From Zootoca vivipara (taxonomy: Eukaryota), in NCBI RefSeq assembly GCF_963506605.1, contig NC_083277.1, forward strand, positions 11,718,001 to 11,782,000: DNA of 64,000 nucleotides, in the 5' to 3' direction. Positions within the stretch are counted from its first letter, which is position 1. Every line of letters begins with the position of its first letter. The translations under genes were made by a program, and so were the position numbers. A model generated the notes under the pieces. The model saw only the letters and a program-made list of their open reading frames with translations. It did not search any database and was not told the origin of the DNA. Shown here piece after piece: positions 37,481 to 48,414 of this stretch.

Positions 37481-38100
37481 TTTTAACTTTTGGGCTTTGT
37501 GCTTCTATCCAGTATTTGTATCTTTTGAACTGCTCTGAAATCTTCGGACGAAGAGCAGTACAGTACAGTATATAAATTTAATTTATTGACTGAATAATAG
37601 CCTCTGTGAGGGGAGAAGAGGTGCCCAGCTCAGCAGACAAGCTTATTTTGGAATCACAGACACAATGGGGTTGCAGACACAAAGAACGCTATGGGGCATT
37701 CTCCTGGGTTCCAGAACATTCCAAGACTACAGAATCATTGGCGGGTGTGTGTCTCTGTGTGTCCATTTCTGCCCCTGTGCTGTCCTCCTCTCTAAGGACC
37801 AAAGCTACACATCAAGGCTTTCAAACGCCAAAGCCAACCTTTATTAAGGCTTTCTTCCCACAACATTCAAATCTTGGGTGTTTCAAGGTTGGGAGAAATG
37901 TGCGAAGCCTGGGGATGACTGATAGAAGAGAAGTGTGCCACAGATTCGGAGTAAGTCACTGGGAGAGGGAGGGGGGAGGCAACAGGGCAAGCGCAACGGC
38001 AGAGCAAATCCGGTGTTTCTATGGGTCCACATGGCACCGACCTCCCTGCCACCTCGCCCTGCGACACACTTGCTGAGGTGCTGGTGTTGTGGGTCCAGCC

Positions 38101-38236
38101 CAGGCATCCCCAAACGGCGGCCCTCCAGATGTTTTGGCCTACAACTCCCATGATCCCTAGCTAGCAGGACCAATGGTCGGGGAAGATGGGAATTGTAGTC
38201 CAAAACATCTGGAGGGCTGAAGTTTGGGGATGCCTG
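38101..38236. mobile_element. 136-bp hairpin hAT MITE
   Basis: TSD gtccagcc/atccagcc. Confidence 0.85.
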
Positions 38237-38299
38237 ATCCAGCCCACTTGGAGAGCAGCTTCTGGTCACCTGTGCATCTTAGTGAAATCCACCCCTCAC

Positions 38300-38389
38300 C
38301 TGAGCAGGAAGCCTCAGCAGCCTTGTTTTCCTCCATGCCTCCACTCTCAGGTTTGTCTTCTTCCATCTTTACCATTACTTCAGGGAATC
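38300..38389 (-). CDS. Gene B KRAB-B-derived exon (GFPEVMVKMEEDKPESGGMEENKAAEASCS)
   Basis: tattgatcag|..tcag|gtgagg; 90 nt; phase 1-1. Confidence 0.8.
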
Positions 38390-38519
38390 CTGATCAATAC
38401 AGGGAAGGCAACAGTGAGTGCCAGCTAGTTTTCTGTGGGGGAAAAAAATTCCCCTCACCTCCCTCAATACATAACAGCTTTCAAATGAGGTGGCTTCTCC
38501 ATTACCTCACCAGCCTCAT

Positions 38520-38969
38520 TTAGGACCCTCGTGCCTACGGGACCGCTTCTCCCGGTATGCCCCGCAAAGGACATTAAGGTCCACAAATAATAACATACTG
38601 GAGATCCTGAGTCACAAGGTGGTTAGGCTGGCCTTGACCAGGACCAGGGCCTTCTCAGTACTGGCCCCGACCTGGTGGAACGCTCTGTCTCAGGAGACTA
38701 GGGTCCTGCGGGATTTGTCATCTTTTCGTAGGGCCTGCAAGACAGAGCTGTTCCGCTTGGCCTTTGGACTGACGCAGTCTGACCCCGGGGTTACCCTCCC
38801 CTAAGGTTTTATCTTATAATGGTTTTATCTTACTTGTAGATTTTTAATTTTAAAATTGAATTTTAACATTGTATTAATCTGCATTTTAATTGAATTGTTT
38901 CTTTTATACTTGAGTTGATATTTTTGCTGTTAGCCGCCCTGAGCCCAATCTTGACTGGGAAGGGCGGGG

Positions 38970-39008
<39 letters not shown>

Positions 39009-39023
39009 TATTATTATTATTAT
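38520..39023 (+). mobile_element. L2 3' end (different subfamily) with (TAA)n(TTA)n tail
   Basis: LGPSCLRDRF..RTLRS..RAFSVLAPTWWNAL..KTELFRLAF. Confidence 0.8.
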
Positions 39024-39029
39024 TTTCTT

Positions 39030-39130
39030 CCATTCTTCTTCTTCTTCTTCTTCTTTTGGTACAAAACCCAAGCCTTCTTCCCTCCTCACTAAAATCCAGG
39101 AATCCCACTCAGGCTTGAAAACTGAAATTC
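39030..39130 (-). pseudogene. Possible disabled KRAB-B-like exon of gene B (GISVFKPEWDSW..PKEEEEEEEW)
   Basis: Acceptor actttagcag|, phase 1; runs into the microsatellite and L2 with no good donor. Confidence 0.4.
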
Positions 39131-39664
39131 CTGCTAAAGTGCAGAAGACAAAATCAGCTGGAATGTAGGGAATAATGTGAAATGCACCAGAGGGGTGTTC
39201 ATTTGAACCCCTACATGTACCTCCAAAGTGTGTGAAGGGTCTTGTGGGAAGCGCCACAACCTGCTGGCTGTGCATCTGGAGTCGTTGCTGGGTGGGGTGG
39301 GGGCTCGATCCACAAGAGCTTATGCCACAATTAATCCTTCCACGTTCCAGGAGCCACAAAACGCTTTGTCGGTTTTTTGCTGCCAGAGATGAATTTGGCC
39401 ACCCCACTGGAATGCTGGGAAACCAGGAAGACGCCTGCCCACAGGTGGCAAAATTAGGGTTGCCATACATCTGGAATTTCCCAGACATAGCTGGAATACA
39501 GCAGTTGGAAGCAGAAATCACTGAAATGTCTGGGAAAATCCGAACATATGACAACCCATGTCGAAAGTCTGGATTTTGCCAAATTTCATTTTTGAGATTT
39601 TGCACGACAACCTTGGCCGCAAAGAATAATAAAAAACAACCTCAACCACTCCCCCCCCCAAAAG

Positions 39665-39812
39665 AATCCTTCCATTAGCACCTTCGAGACCAACTAAGTT
39701 TGTCATCTGAAGAAATGTGCATGCACACAAAAGCTCATACCAATGACATACTGGAAGGAATTTTTAAATTTTGTTTCAACTACGGCAGACCAACACGGCT
39801 ACCTACCTGTAA
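39665..39812. mobile_element. Penelope-like fragment with mutated hammerhead core
   Basis: ctgaagaaatgtgcatgcacacaaaagctcatacc; cagaccaacacggctacctacctgtaac. Confidence 0.72.
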
Positions 39813-39858
39813 CTAGAACTTTCCCCCAAATAAGTCCAAAATTTCACTTTTTGAAATA

Positions 39859-40244
39859 CAGTGGTACCTCAGTTTTCGAACGTAATCCGTTCTGGAAGAC
39901 CGTTCGAGTTCCGAAACATTCGAAAACCAAAAACTCAAAAGCTGACAGCTAGGCCTCAGGATCTTACACTCAGCAGAAGCCGTGTGGCATGTTCGACTTC
40001 CGAGGTGTGTTCGAAAACTGGAGCATTTACTTCCAGGTTTACAGCGTTCGAAAACCGAAATGTTCGTCAACGGCAGGCATCCCCAAACTGCGGCCCTCCA
40101 GATGTTTTGGCCTACAACTCCCATGATCCCTAGCTAACAGGACCAGTGGTCGGGGAAGATGGGAATTGTAGTCCAAAACATCTGGAGGGCCAAAGTTTGG
40201 GGATGCCTGGTCAATGGAGACGTTCGGAAACCAAGGTACCACAG
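39859..40244. mobile_element. Tigger-like MITE with nested 136-bp hAT MITE (40074-40209)
   Basis: TA|cagtggtacct..aggtaccacag|TA; nested TSD gtcaacgg/gtcaatgg. Confidence 0.82.
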
Positions 40245-40294
40245 TATGGCAACCCTAGCTAAATGGGTCCCAGTTTCTCGATTAGATCTTTCAC

Positions 40295-40390
40295 CTGACT
40301 GGGCAGTTGGTGAAGTCTTGTTTTCCTCAGAAGTCTGATGATTCCGGGCCCAGGGCTCCTCTTCTTCCTTTATCCTCACATCAGGGAACT
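40295..40390 (-). CDS. Gene B KRAB-B-derived exon (EFPDVRIKEEEEPWARNHQTSEENKTSPTAQS)
   Basis: tcttgaccag|..tcag|gtgaaa; 96 nt; phase 1-1. Confidence 0.82.
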
Positions 40391-40500
40391 CTGGTCAAGA
40401 GAAAAAATGTCAGAAGATGAGGCACAGAAGGATGGTTCAGTCATGAGTGGCAAGCAGTGAATGTCTGCTGGTTTCTCTGCCTCCTCCCATTCTGAGCTGC

Positions 40501-40543
<43 letters not shown>

Positions 40544-40705
40544 TTATTTATACCCCGTCCATCTGGCTGGGTTTCCCCAGCCACTCTGGGCGGCTTCCAA
40601 CAAAAAAATAAAATACAGTAATCTATTAAACATTAAAAGCCTCCCTAAACCAGGGCTGCCTTCAGATGTCTTCTAAAAATCTGGTAGCTGTTTTTCTCTT
40701 TGACA
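40501..40705 (-). mobile_element. L2 3' end with (TAA)n tail
   Basis: Same family as the 16222 copy. Confidence 0.8.
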
Positions 40706-40931
40706 TTAAGATCTGTAGTGAGAGGAAGGTCTCCTGGTGGTCCACACACCTAATGACACTTGTGTCACCAAGCCCTCTGAGGCGCACCTCACCACAACAT
40801 TGGTGTCGTTTCATGAGCAGGTGAATATGAATCTCTGTTCTCAGGATTTTGGGGTGGGTGGGTGAGATGAGGCACCTGAATTTCTGTCGCTGCTGTTGGT
40901 TTCATTGCAAGCAGATTCTGTATTTTTTTCC

Positions 40932-41230
40932 TGTTGTTTAGTCGTTTAGTAGTGTCCGACTCTTCGTGACCCCATGGACCGGAGCACGCCAGGCACTCCT
41001 GTCTTCCACTGCCTGCCGCAGTTTGGTCAGACTCATGTTGGTGGCTTCGAGAACACTGTCCAACCATCTCATCCTCTGTCGTCCCCTTCTCCTTGTGCCC
41101 TCAAGTTTTTCCAACATCAGGGTCTTTTCCAGGGAGTCTTCTCTTCTCATGAGGTGGCCAAAGTATTGGAGCCTCAGCTTCACGATCTGTCCTTCCAGTG
41201 AGCGCTCAGGGCTGATTTCCTTCAGAATGG
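40932..41230 (-). mobile_element. BovB (RTE) LINE 3' end
   Basis: KLRLQYFGHLMRREDSLEKTLML..RRRGRQRMRWLD..VHGVTKSRT.LND. Confidence 0.92.
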
Positions 41231-41782
41231 AGTTTTTTTTCTACACAGTTTCAATCTTATGGTTTTAAAATGTTTGCTTTGGGCGGTATAACATTCCTTG
41301 CCCTGGGACTTTAGGGCGAAAGGCAGATGATTGATAATTTTTAAGGGAAGGATGAATGAATGATCATGATGAAGAGTCTTAATGAGTTGGCTTTCTTTCT
41401 CCACGACTACAAGAAGAAAACAAATTATCGTAGCAGTGGGTGGGGGAAGACCCTCAGAATCAGAAAGAGTGAGGCTCACTGTATAGCTTCATTCCTAGTG
41501 TGAACTAATAAAAAAGGACCCAAAACACATTCATATTCAAACTGAATACCACATTAGAATGGCCATCGGTCATAGATACTTTAGTTGAGATTCCTGTACC
41601 GCAGGGGGTTGGACTAGATGACCCTCGGTGTCCCTTCCAACAACTCTACAATTCTATGATACAAAACAGGTCAGGAATAAACACAGTTGTCATAAAGCTT
41701 CATGCACTGAGCCTCAATTGCTGAGGTCCTGAATATCTGTAGGGCTGGAATAGTTATTTGCAGGAATCTAACTGGCCTAATA

Positions 41783-42178
41783 GGGATGTGGGTAGCGCTG
41801 TGGGCTAAACCACAGAGCCTAGGGCTTGCCGATCAGAAGGCTGGCGGTTTGAATCCCTGCGACGGTGTGAGCTCCCGTTGCTCGGTCCCAGCTCCTGCCA
41901 ACCTAGCAGTTCGAAAGCACGTCAAAGTGCAAATAGATAAATAGGTACCGCTACAGCAGGAAGGTAAACGGCGTTTCCATGTGCTGCTCTGGTTCGCCAG
42001 AAGCAGCTTTGTAATGCTGGCCACATGACCTGCAAGCTGTACGCCGGCTCCCTCGGCCAATAACGTGAGATGAGTGCCGCAACCCCAGAGTCGGTCACAA
42101 CTGGACCTACCTTTATTTTATGGGTATGTCTTAAAATATGAGAAACAGGGTAATGGTCAGGGGTCCCTTTACCTTTAA
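41783..42178 (+). mobile_element. Sauria SINE (short insert near 3' end)
   Basis: Canonical head and ccctttaccttta tail. Confidence 0.88.
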
Positions 42179-42629
42179 CTGGCCTAATATGATCTCGGCT
42201 GACACTCAGCATGAACCACCGTGAGACCTGCGGGTATAGAACAGTGTATAAATTCAATAAATAAATAAAAAAATCCAATCCTGAATGCTTTGTGTGTGTA
42301 GGGTATGTGTATCACATATGAGATGGGACTGGCAACTGTTCATCTGATAGGAAGATTTTGTGACCAAGCAGGATTGAACTCCCTAGGCACTCATGGGTGC
42401 ACAGGGAGTTCAATCCTGCTTCCTGCAGGGATAGGATTTGAGAGCAGCCCAACTATCCACATCTCTGCGAGCCCCATAGAACATCAGGTATGGGGCAGAT
42501 GGGCACAATTTAGGGGGGGAACAACCTTGTAGTCTAATGGGGAGGCCTGATGTTTCAAATTTGGTCTGGGGGCCAAAGTTCCCTAGGTAACCTGTTTCAG
42601 CCAAATCCATCTCACACCTAGCCAGTCAC

Positions 42630-42734
42630 CTGGGAAGATCTTGCTTTCCTCAGAGCCCTGGGGACCGGCTCCCGGGAGGTCTTCCTCGTCTTCTTTTTCT
42701 TCCTCCTTCATTTTCAGTGTCACCTTAAGACACC
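42630..42734 (-). CDS. Gene B KRAB-B-derived exon with probable start ATG at 42711 (MKEEEKEDEEDLP..EESKIFP)
   Basis: tttgtctcag|; donor at 42630 (gtgact) or 42618 (gtgtga), both phase 1. CDS from 42711 to 33261 is 1812 nt, in frame. Confidence 0.75.
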
Positions 42735-43329
42735 CTGAGACAAAGAGAAAGACATAAGGAAAAGTGTAAGGATGGAGAAGACCGTGGCCGGGGAGTTGGG
42801 GGGGGGTGTTGACTAGTTTTTGCTCAAATACCAGAGGCTCAACCCCTCTGGTATCTGACGGTAGGGTTGGGAGAGAATTCTCCCTGCCTGAAACTATGGT
42901 AAGCTGCTGCCAGTCAGTGTAGACAATATTGAGCTAGATGGTCTGACTTCGTACTTCCTATGTTCCTAAGAAGAATAGAAAACGACAGACACATAAAGGC
43001 AGAAAATGTTGGATGGCTTCTATAGAGGACTGCCAGCTCCCTTCCTGATGCTGATCCAGATCTTTTTAGCAGCGGCCAGAAACCGAGCAGGCGGCAAGGT
43101 GGAAAAACACAAGGCCCACTTTTTCTCCCTGCCCCTCAGGTTCTGCATCTCAAACCCTCAAGGTTCTATAGCTAATAATTCTGTCCCTGAGACATCAATA
43201 ATAAAAGCATACTGATTAGAAAGGGAGGCTGGTCCATTAGCACAAAGGGGGCACTGCCAGCTCTGCCTTCTCAGGGGCTATGGCGCCACCTAGTGTTGGT
43301 CTCCATGCCTTTCACCTTATCAGATGGAT

Positions 43330-43690
43330 AAGGTAAAAGTAAAGGGACCCGTGACCATTAGGTCAAGTCGTGACTGACTCTGGGGTTAGGGCGCTCATCT
43401 CGCGTTATTGCCCGAGGGAGCTGGCATACAGCTTCCAGGTCATGTGGCAAACATGACAAAGCCGCTTCTGGCAAACTAGAGCAGCACAGGGAAATGTTGT
43501 TTACCTTCCCGCTGGAGTGGTACCTATTTATCTACTTGCACTTTGACGTGCTTTCGAACTGCTACGGCAGGTTGGCAGGAGCTGGAACCGAGCAACAGGA
43601 GCTCACCCCGTCGCGGGGATTCGAACCGCCGACCTTCTGATCGGCAAGCCCTAGGCTCAGTGGTTTAACCCACAGCGCCACCCACGTCCC
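43330..43690 (-). mobile_element. Sauria SINE
   Basis: aggtaaaagtaaagggacc..ttaacccacagcgccacccacgtccc. Confidence 0.88.
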
Positions 43691-43845
43691 TTGGATACCA
43701 GGTGCCAATAGACCTCCACTGAGCTCAACAGCTTTTGATCAAACAGCCACAGGATTACTCTGGTGAAATGATTTTAAACAGAAGCATTGAAACAAATCCC
43801 TGAACAACTGTTCTATTTGTCTATAATGACACGTTCTCTGTGCAC

Positions 43846-43929
43846 CTGAGTGGGCAGCTGAGGAAGTCTTGGTGTTCTCCACTCCTATAATTTGCTGTAC
43901 TGATTCTTGTTCCGTCCTATCAGGAACTT
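43846..43929 (-). other. Gene B exon homologous to the array (EVPDRTEQE..ENTKTSSAAHS), possibly 5' UTR
   Basis: tcctaatcag|..tcag|gtgcac; 84 nt; no psiKxE motif. Confidence 0.6.
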
Positions 43930-44659
43930 CTGATTAGGAGAAAGAGGGGGGTGGGGGTGGGGACAGTGCTGAGGAGAGAGATTTCGACCTCTGCAAGCTG
44001 CAGGAAGGAATACAGCTGGGCTGGTTTCTATACAAGAACGGAAGAACATAAAAGAGCCTGCTGGATCACACCAACAGTCCAGCATTCTGCAGCTATGGCA
44101 TGCCAATTGTGGAACGACATTCCCAAATATTATCAGACTTTTCACATGCTGCTGTTTTTAATTATTACTACCAGTCTATTTACTAAAGCCCTGTACGTGG
44201 CCCTGAGTTGTTTTTAAAACATTTAGTGCTGGGTGTTTCCCAGTTTGTTTGGTTTTTTTTAGTTGAAATTTGTAATCTAATTTCAATATACTGTATGTTG
44301 CATTTTAATTTGACTAGCTGCCTTTTACGCTAACATGATTTTTTCCCCTTTGTATGTTTATGTTGTGAACCGATTATGTTGAGATCTATCAGCAAAGGGC
44401 AGCATAAAAATTCAATTAAAAAAATAAATGAAATAAAAGATAGGGGGGAATGTTTAAATTAATAGGTAGTGAGAGCTTGAAAGGGGTTTTTTCTCCCCAC
44501 CCAGAAGAGAGATCAAAGATTGCAGACGTGCGCCAAAGAAAAGAACAGAAATGATAGGAAATGAGATGAGGTGGAGAAGATTTCAATGGGTGGGAATGAC
44601 TGCAATCCTCAACACAAGTCGTATTGAAGAGGACATAAATAATGCCCTATTATTTACTT

Positions 44660-44835
44660 ATCCCTACTCGCTGGCAAATCCACACCGTGATGAACTCCCA
44701 CCTGGAAACCAATGTCCCCACTGTGGAAGGACGTGTGGATCCAGAATTGGCCTCCACAGTCACATACGGACCCATTGTTAAAATCGTGTTTATCTTACTC
44801 GGCTACAAGTGATCGCCAAAGAACAAGAAGAAGAT
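44660..44835 (+). mobile_element. RTE-clade LINE 3' end
   Basis: CPHCGRTCGSRIGLHSHIRTH* C-terminal motif and (gaa) tail. Confidence 0.7.
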
Positions 44836-45047
44836 TTACTTAACCACGTCTCTAACCTTGCTCTCCTGCAAGGACATTGCCTCCTCACCCCCAATTCCTC
44901 CTCTTAACAACCCTGCAAGGTAGGCTTCATGTCTGAGTGGGGCTGTGAACCCAGGTCTCCTCGCTCCTAATTCAGCCCTCTAACCACGACACAACACCGT
45001 TTGACAATTGTGTGGCAGCTTTTGCTTAGGGGAGGCGTTGCACTTAC

Positions 45048-45570
45048 AGTTAGAGTCGCTTCCCTGGCTGAAAGGATCCCCTGGCCGGGCTCTCTGCTCT
45101 CCCTTCTCTTCCCGGCTTGAAAGGCACCCTCACCAGGAATCCTTCAAGAAGCGGGGATCCTCGGGGACTTCTCAACCGATCCCTCTCTCTTCTTTTTCTC
45201 TCGGGATTGTGCTACGACGTCTCCTCGATCACCATCACAGTTGTCTGTGCGCGCCCGTGCGCGCTTAAAAGCGAATCGGTCTTTTTCAATTTTATTTCTA
45301 CTGTATTTTATTTCCCTTTCTCCTCCTCCACCAGAACGCTAAATGGGGAGAGCTGGCGGCTTTGCTCTTTGTTTTCCGCTTCCCACCATGTGATCGAAGC
45401 AAAGCCAAGAGGAGAGGGGGGGCACACAGAAACCCTCTTGCAAGGCAACCCTGCAAAAAGAAAAAAACCCACTTGGCTACCTGAGCTCATGGATGGAGCG
45501 AGGGTGGATGCACTTGGCAATTGATTCCTTGGGGCTGCTTGAATTCATTGCCTCCGGCGCGCGCGCAGTT
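45048..45570 (-). promoter_or_regulatory. CpG-rich promoter and exon 1 of gene B (possibly bidirectional with gene C)
   Basis: CpG cluster; minus-strand donor ACT|gtaagt at 45048/45047 and alternative CTG|gtgagg at ~45133. Confidence 0.55.
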
Positions 45571-45607
45571 ATTTTTTGTTTGTTAAAGCCCACCCCCAAT
45601 CACATAA

Positions 45608-45803
45608 AAAAATTCCTTCCAGTAGCACCTTAGAGACCAACTAAGTTTGTCATTCGTGTGCATGCACACTTCTTCAGATACACATGAAAGCTCATACCAA
45701 TGACAAATTTAGTTGGTCTTTAAGGTGCTACTGGAAGGATTTTTTTTATTTTTTATTTTGTTTCGACTGCGTCAGACCAACACGGCTACCTACCACCTGT
45801 AAC
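45608..45803. mobile_element. Penelope-like inverted pseudo-LTR fragment
   Basis: ccttccagtagcacctta..taaggtgctactggaagg inverted arms around partial hammerhead cores. Confidence 0.72.
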
Positions 45804-45844
45804 CCCAATCATATATGCAGGTTTACTCTGAAGTAGGTAGAACG

Positions 45845-46014
45845 GGAGTGGTGGACTCTCCTTCCTTAGAGGCTTTTAAGCAGAGGTTGGCTGGCCATAG
45901 GTCATGGATGCTTTAGTTGAGATTCCTGTGTTGCAGGGGGTTGGACTAGAGGACCCTTGGGGTCCCTTCCGACACTACAATTCTATGATTCTCTGATTCC
46001 AACTCCATGATTCT
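45845..46014 (+). mobile_element. CR1 3' end
   Basis: gtggactctccttcc..ggggttggactaga..attctatgattc. Confidence 0.8.
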
Positions 46015-46304
46015 AAACCCTTAACTCTGGAGCTGACGGTTTGCTCCCAGGCAAATGCACCGGGCTGGGTTTCACGGCTGCATGAGCCCCGAATCTTTTG
46101 CGCGCTTACTCGAGAGTAAACCATTGAACTCAGCTAGTCTTTGTAGTAAAAGCACGCAGGATTGAGTTGTTGGTATTTTTCTCCGCGGCCCTTCATGCTC
46201 CCTTTCTTGGCTCTTGCGCAAAGGTGACTTAGAACCACCTGCTCTCATTCCTTCAGCCTAACTTTGGCAAATATATGTAGAATATATGCATTTGTAAACT
46301 AAGA

Positions 46305-46660
46305 TGATAGATACCGTAGATAGATAGACAGATAGGAAGATAGATAGATACTTTATTGCCATTGTACATAGTACAACAAAATTGAATGCCATCCCATAAA
46401 CAACTAAGCAAAAACACGATTACAGCCACACACACACATACATACACACCCATCACAACTCCCCAGGATCATATTATTTAGTTACAGCATTTAAGATGGT
46501 TATACATAGCTCTTGGATAGAAACTGTTCTTTAATCTATTTGTTCTTGATTTAATTGTTCTGTATCTCTTGCCCGAAGGCAACGGTGCAAAAAGACTATA
46601 TCCAGGATGAGATGAATCTTGTAAAATATTATTTGCTTTTCTAAGGCAACGGATATGCAG
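46305..46660 (-). mobile_element. Rex1/Babar-type LINE 3' end
   Basis: RCLRKANNILQDSSHPGYSLFAPLPSGKRYRTIKSRTNRLKNSFYPRA; (tcta) tail. Confidence 0.8.
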
Positions 46661-46822
46661 AGGATGCTGGTGACTGGGCTGCTGTCTGTTCAAATTATAT
46701 TTTAATTGCTGATTTTAGATATACTGTGATGCATTTTAAGTATTGTTTTTAACCAGTTTGTTCTGTATTTTATAACTGATGTTGTAAGCCGCCTTGAATC
46801 CTGACTTGGCAGGATAAAAATA

Positions 46823-48046
46823 TCTATACAAATAAAAATGAAAGGTAACCTTGTTCAAAATTGATAATCTCTGAAAGTTCTTGACCGATTGCTTTCAAAT
46901 TTTGACACAACGTTGTCACACCGTACATGAGTGTTTTTATATACCTAGATTATATAGATGGCTCACCTGTGACAGGTGAAAACATGCTTTTTTAGAATAA
47001 CAGCGCCATCTGCTGGATGTCAAAGCAACACAGCTGAGGATGCTGCATCATAATCTCAGGCCTAAGCTGCTGCCATTGGCTGAAGACTATCTGTGACATC
47101 ACAGTTCTAGTTACAGGTAGGTAGCCGTGTTGGTCTGAGTTGAAATAAAAAAAAAACTTCCTTCAGTAGCACCTTAAAGACCAACTAAGTTTTTATTTTG
47201 GTATGAGCTTTCGTGTGCATGCACACTTCATCAGTGTATCTGACGAAGTGTGCATGCACACAAAAGCTCATACCAAAATAAAAACTTAGTTGGTCTTTAA
47301 GGTGCTACTGAAGGAAGTTTTTTATTTTGTGACATCACAAACGAACATGGCAACCTACTGAATATAAATGTGGGCCTTTTACGCTTTCCCAACAGAACAG
47401 AAAGCAACAACTGCACAATTTTTCCAATGTTGCAATTATTTGTTTTTTAGTTCATGTTTTTAATGTTTTGCATTTTTATATGTTTTTGTTATAACTTTCT
47501 AATTTTTCAGTATAGTCGATCTGCTATAGTTCATCAAAATAATGCCTCGCAGAAAATCAAACTTAGGTCGTCGTACTCGTGGAGCGGAAGCAGTGCGACG
47601 AGCAATTGCAAAGCAAACTGAGCAAGAACGGGCAGCAGCAAAGGAGCGAAAGAGACAAAGAATGGCTCAAATACGTGCCAAAGAAGCAGCAGAGCGACTT
47701 GAGGTTACACGGTTGCGAGCACAGCGATCGTGTTCTGCAGCTTCAGATACGCTTCGTTCTCAACAGAATGAATGTGACAGGCTGAGAGTGGCTAAAAGAT
47801 GTCAACAAGAAAGAACAGATCAGCATCAAACACGACTCCGTACTCAGCAATCGCGTGACCAGAGAGGTAGGTGTCGTGACGTCTGGGGTGAGGAACGGGG
47901 GTGCTGAGTGGAGGAGGGACGTGCCTTTGGGGAGGATGAATGGGGTGGGGTGGGGTAGGGGGATTTAACAGAACACGTGTGTGTGTTTTTGGGATTGATT
48001 GCTTTCTCTTTCTGAGCCACAGCAATGCGTGGCCGGGAACAGCTAG
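46823..48046 (+). mobile_element. Internally deleted Helitron retaining a RepHel N-terminal ORF (47542-47907)
   Basis: A|TCTATACAAATAAAAATG start; 3' hairpin gccacagcaatgcgtggc then CTAG|T; MPRRKSNLGRRTR..QTEQERAAAKERKRQRMAQIRA charged helical N-terminus. Confidence 0.8.
47108..47328. mobile_element. Penelope-like palindromic insertion nested in the Helitron
   Basis: ~180-bp near-perfect inverted repeat centred at ~47237; flanked by duplicated tgtgacatcaca. Confidence 0.82.
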
Positions 48047-48235
48047 TATTAAATAAAAAATAGATTTTCAAAAAAATGAGAGGCAGTGGGGTAGAATCCA
48101 GGCTTGCTTTGAACTTCTTGGAGGATGAACCCTATTATTTTCTGCCTTATGCACATTACAACTGCATTTTGCTTTGTACCTGGTAACTGATGCCCATTAT
48201 TTGTTGTTTGCATTGTTCCATGTTATTCATCTATA

Positions 48236-48388
48236 TCACAGAATCATAGCATTGTAAAGTTTGAAGGGACCCTGAGGATCATCTAGTCCAACCCCCTGCA
48301 ATGCAGGAATATGCAGCTGTCCCAGACAGGGATTGAACTTGTAAACTTGGCACTATCGGCACCATGCTCTAACCAACTGAGCTATCCA
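48236..48388 (-). mobile_element. SINE with tRNA-Ile-derived head and CR1 3' tail
   Basis: Minus strand: ggatagctcagttggttagagcatggtgccgatagtgccaag..gttcaatccctg followed by attcctgcattgcagggggttggactagatg. Confidence 0.72.
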
Positions 48389-48414
48389 TATGTATCCATA
48401 TATTATATAAGTGA

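Noticed and set aside
40876-40905. Minus-strand MKPTAATEIQ|gt as a pre-KRAB start exon for gene B
   Set aside because: Phase 0 does not fit the downstream phase-1 exons, the acceptor tract is poor (abuts BovB), and no KRAB-A follows.
44700-44781. CPHCGRTCGSRIGLHSHIRTH as a host zinc-finger exon
   Set aside because: Matches the C-terminal motif of RTE-clade LINE ORFs and is followed by a simple-repeat tail.
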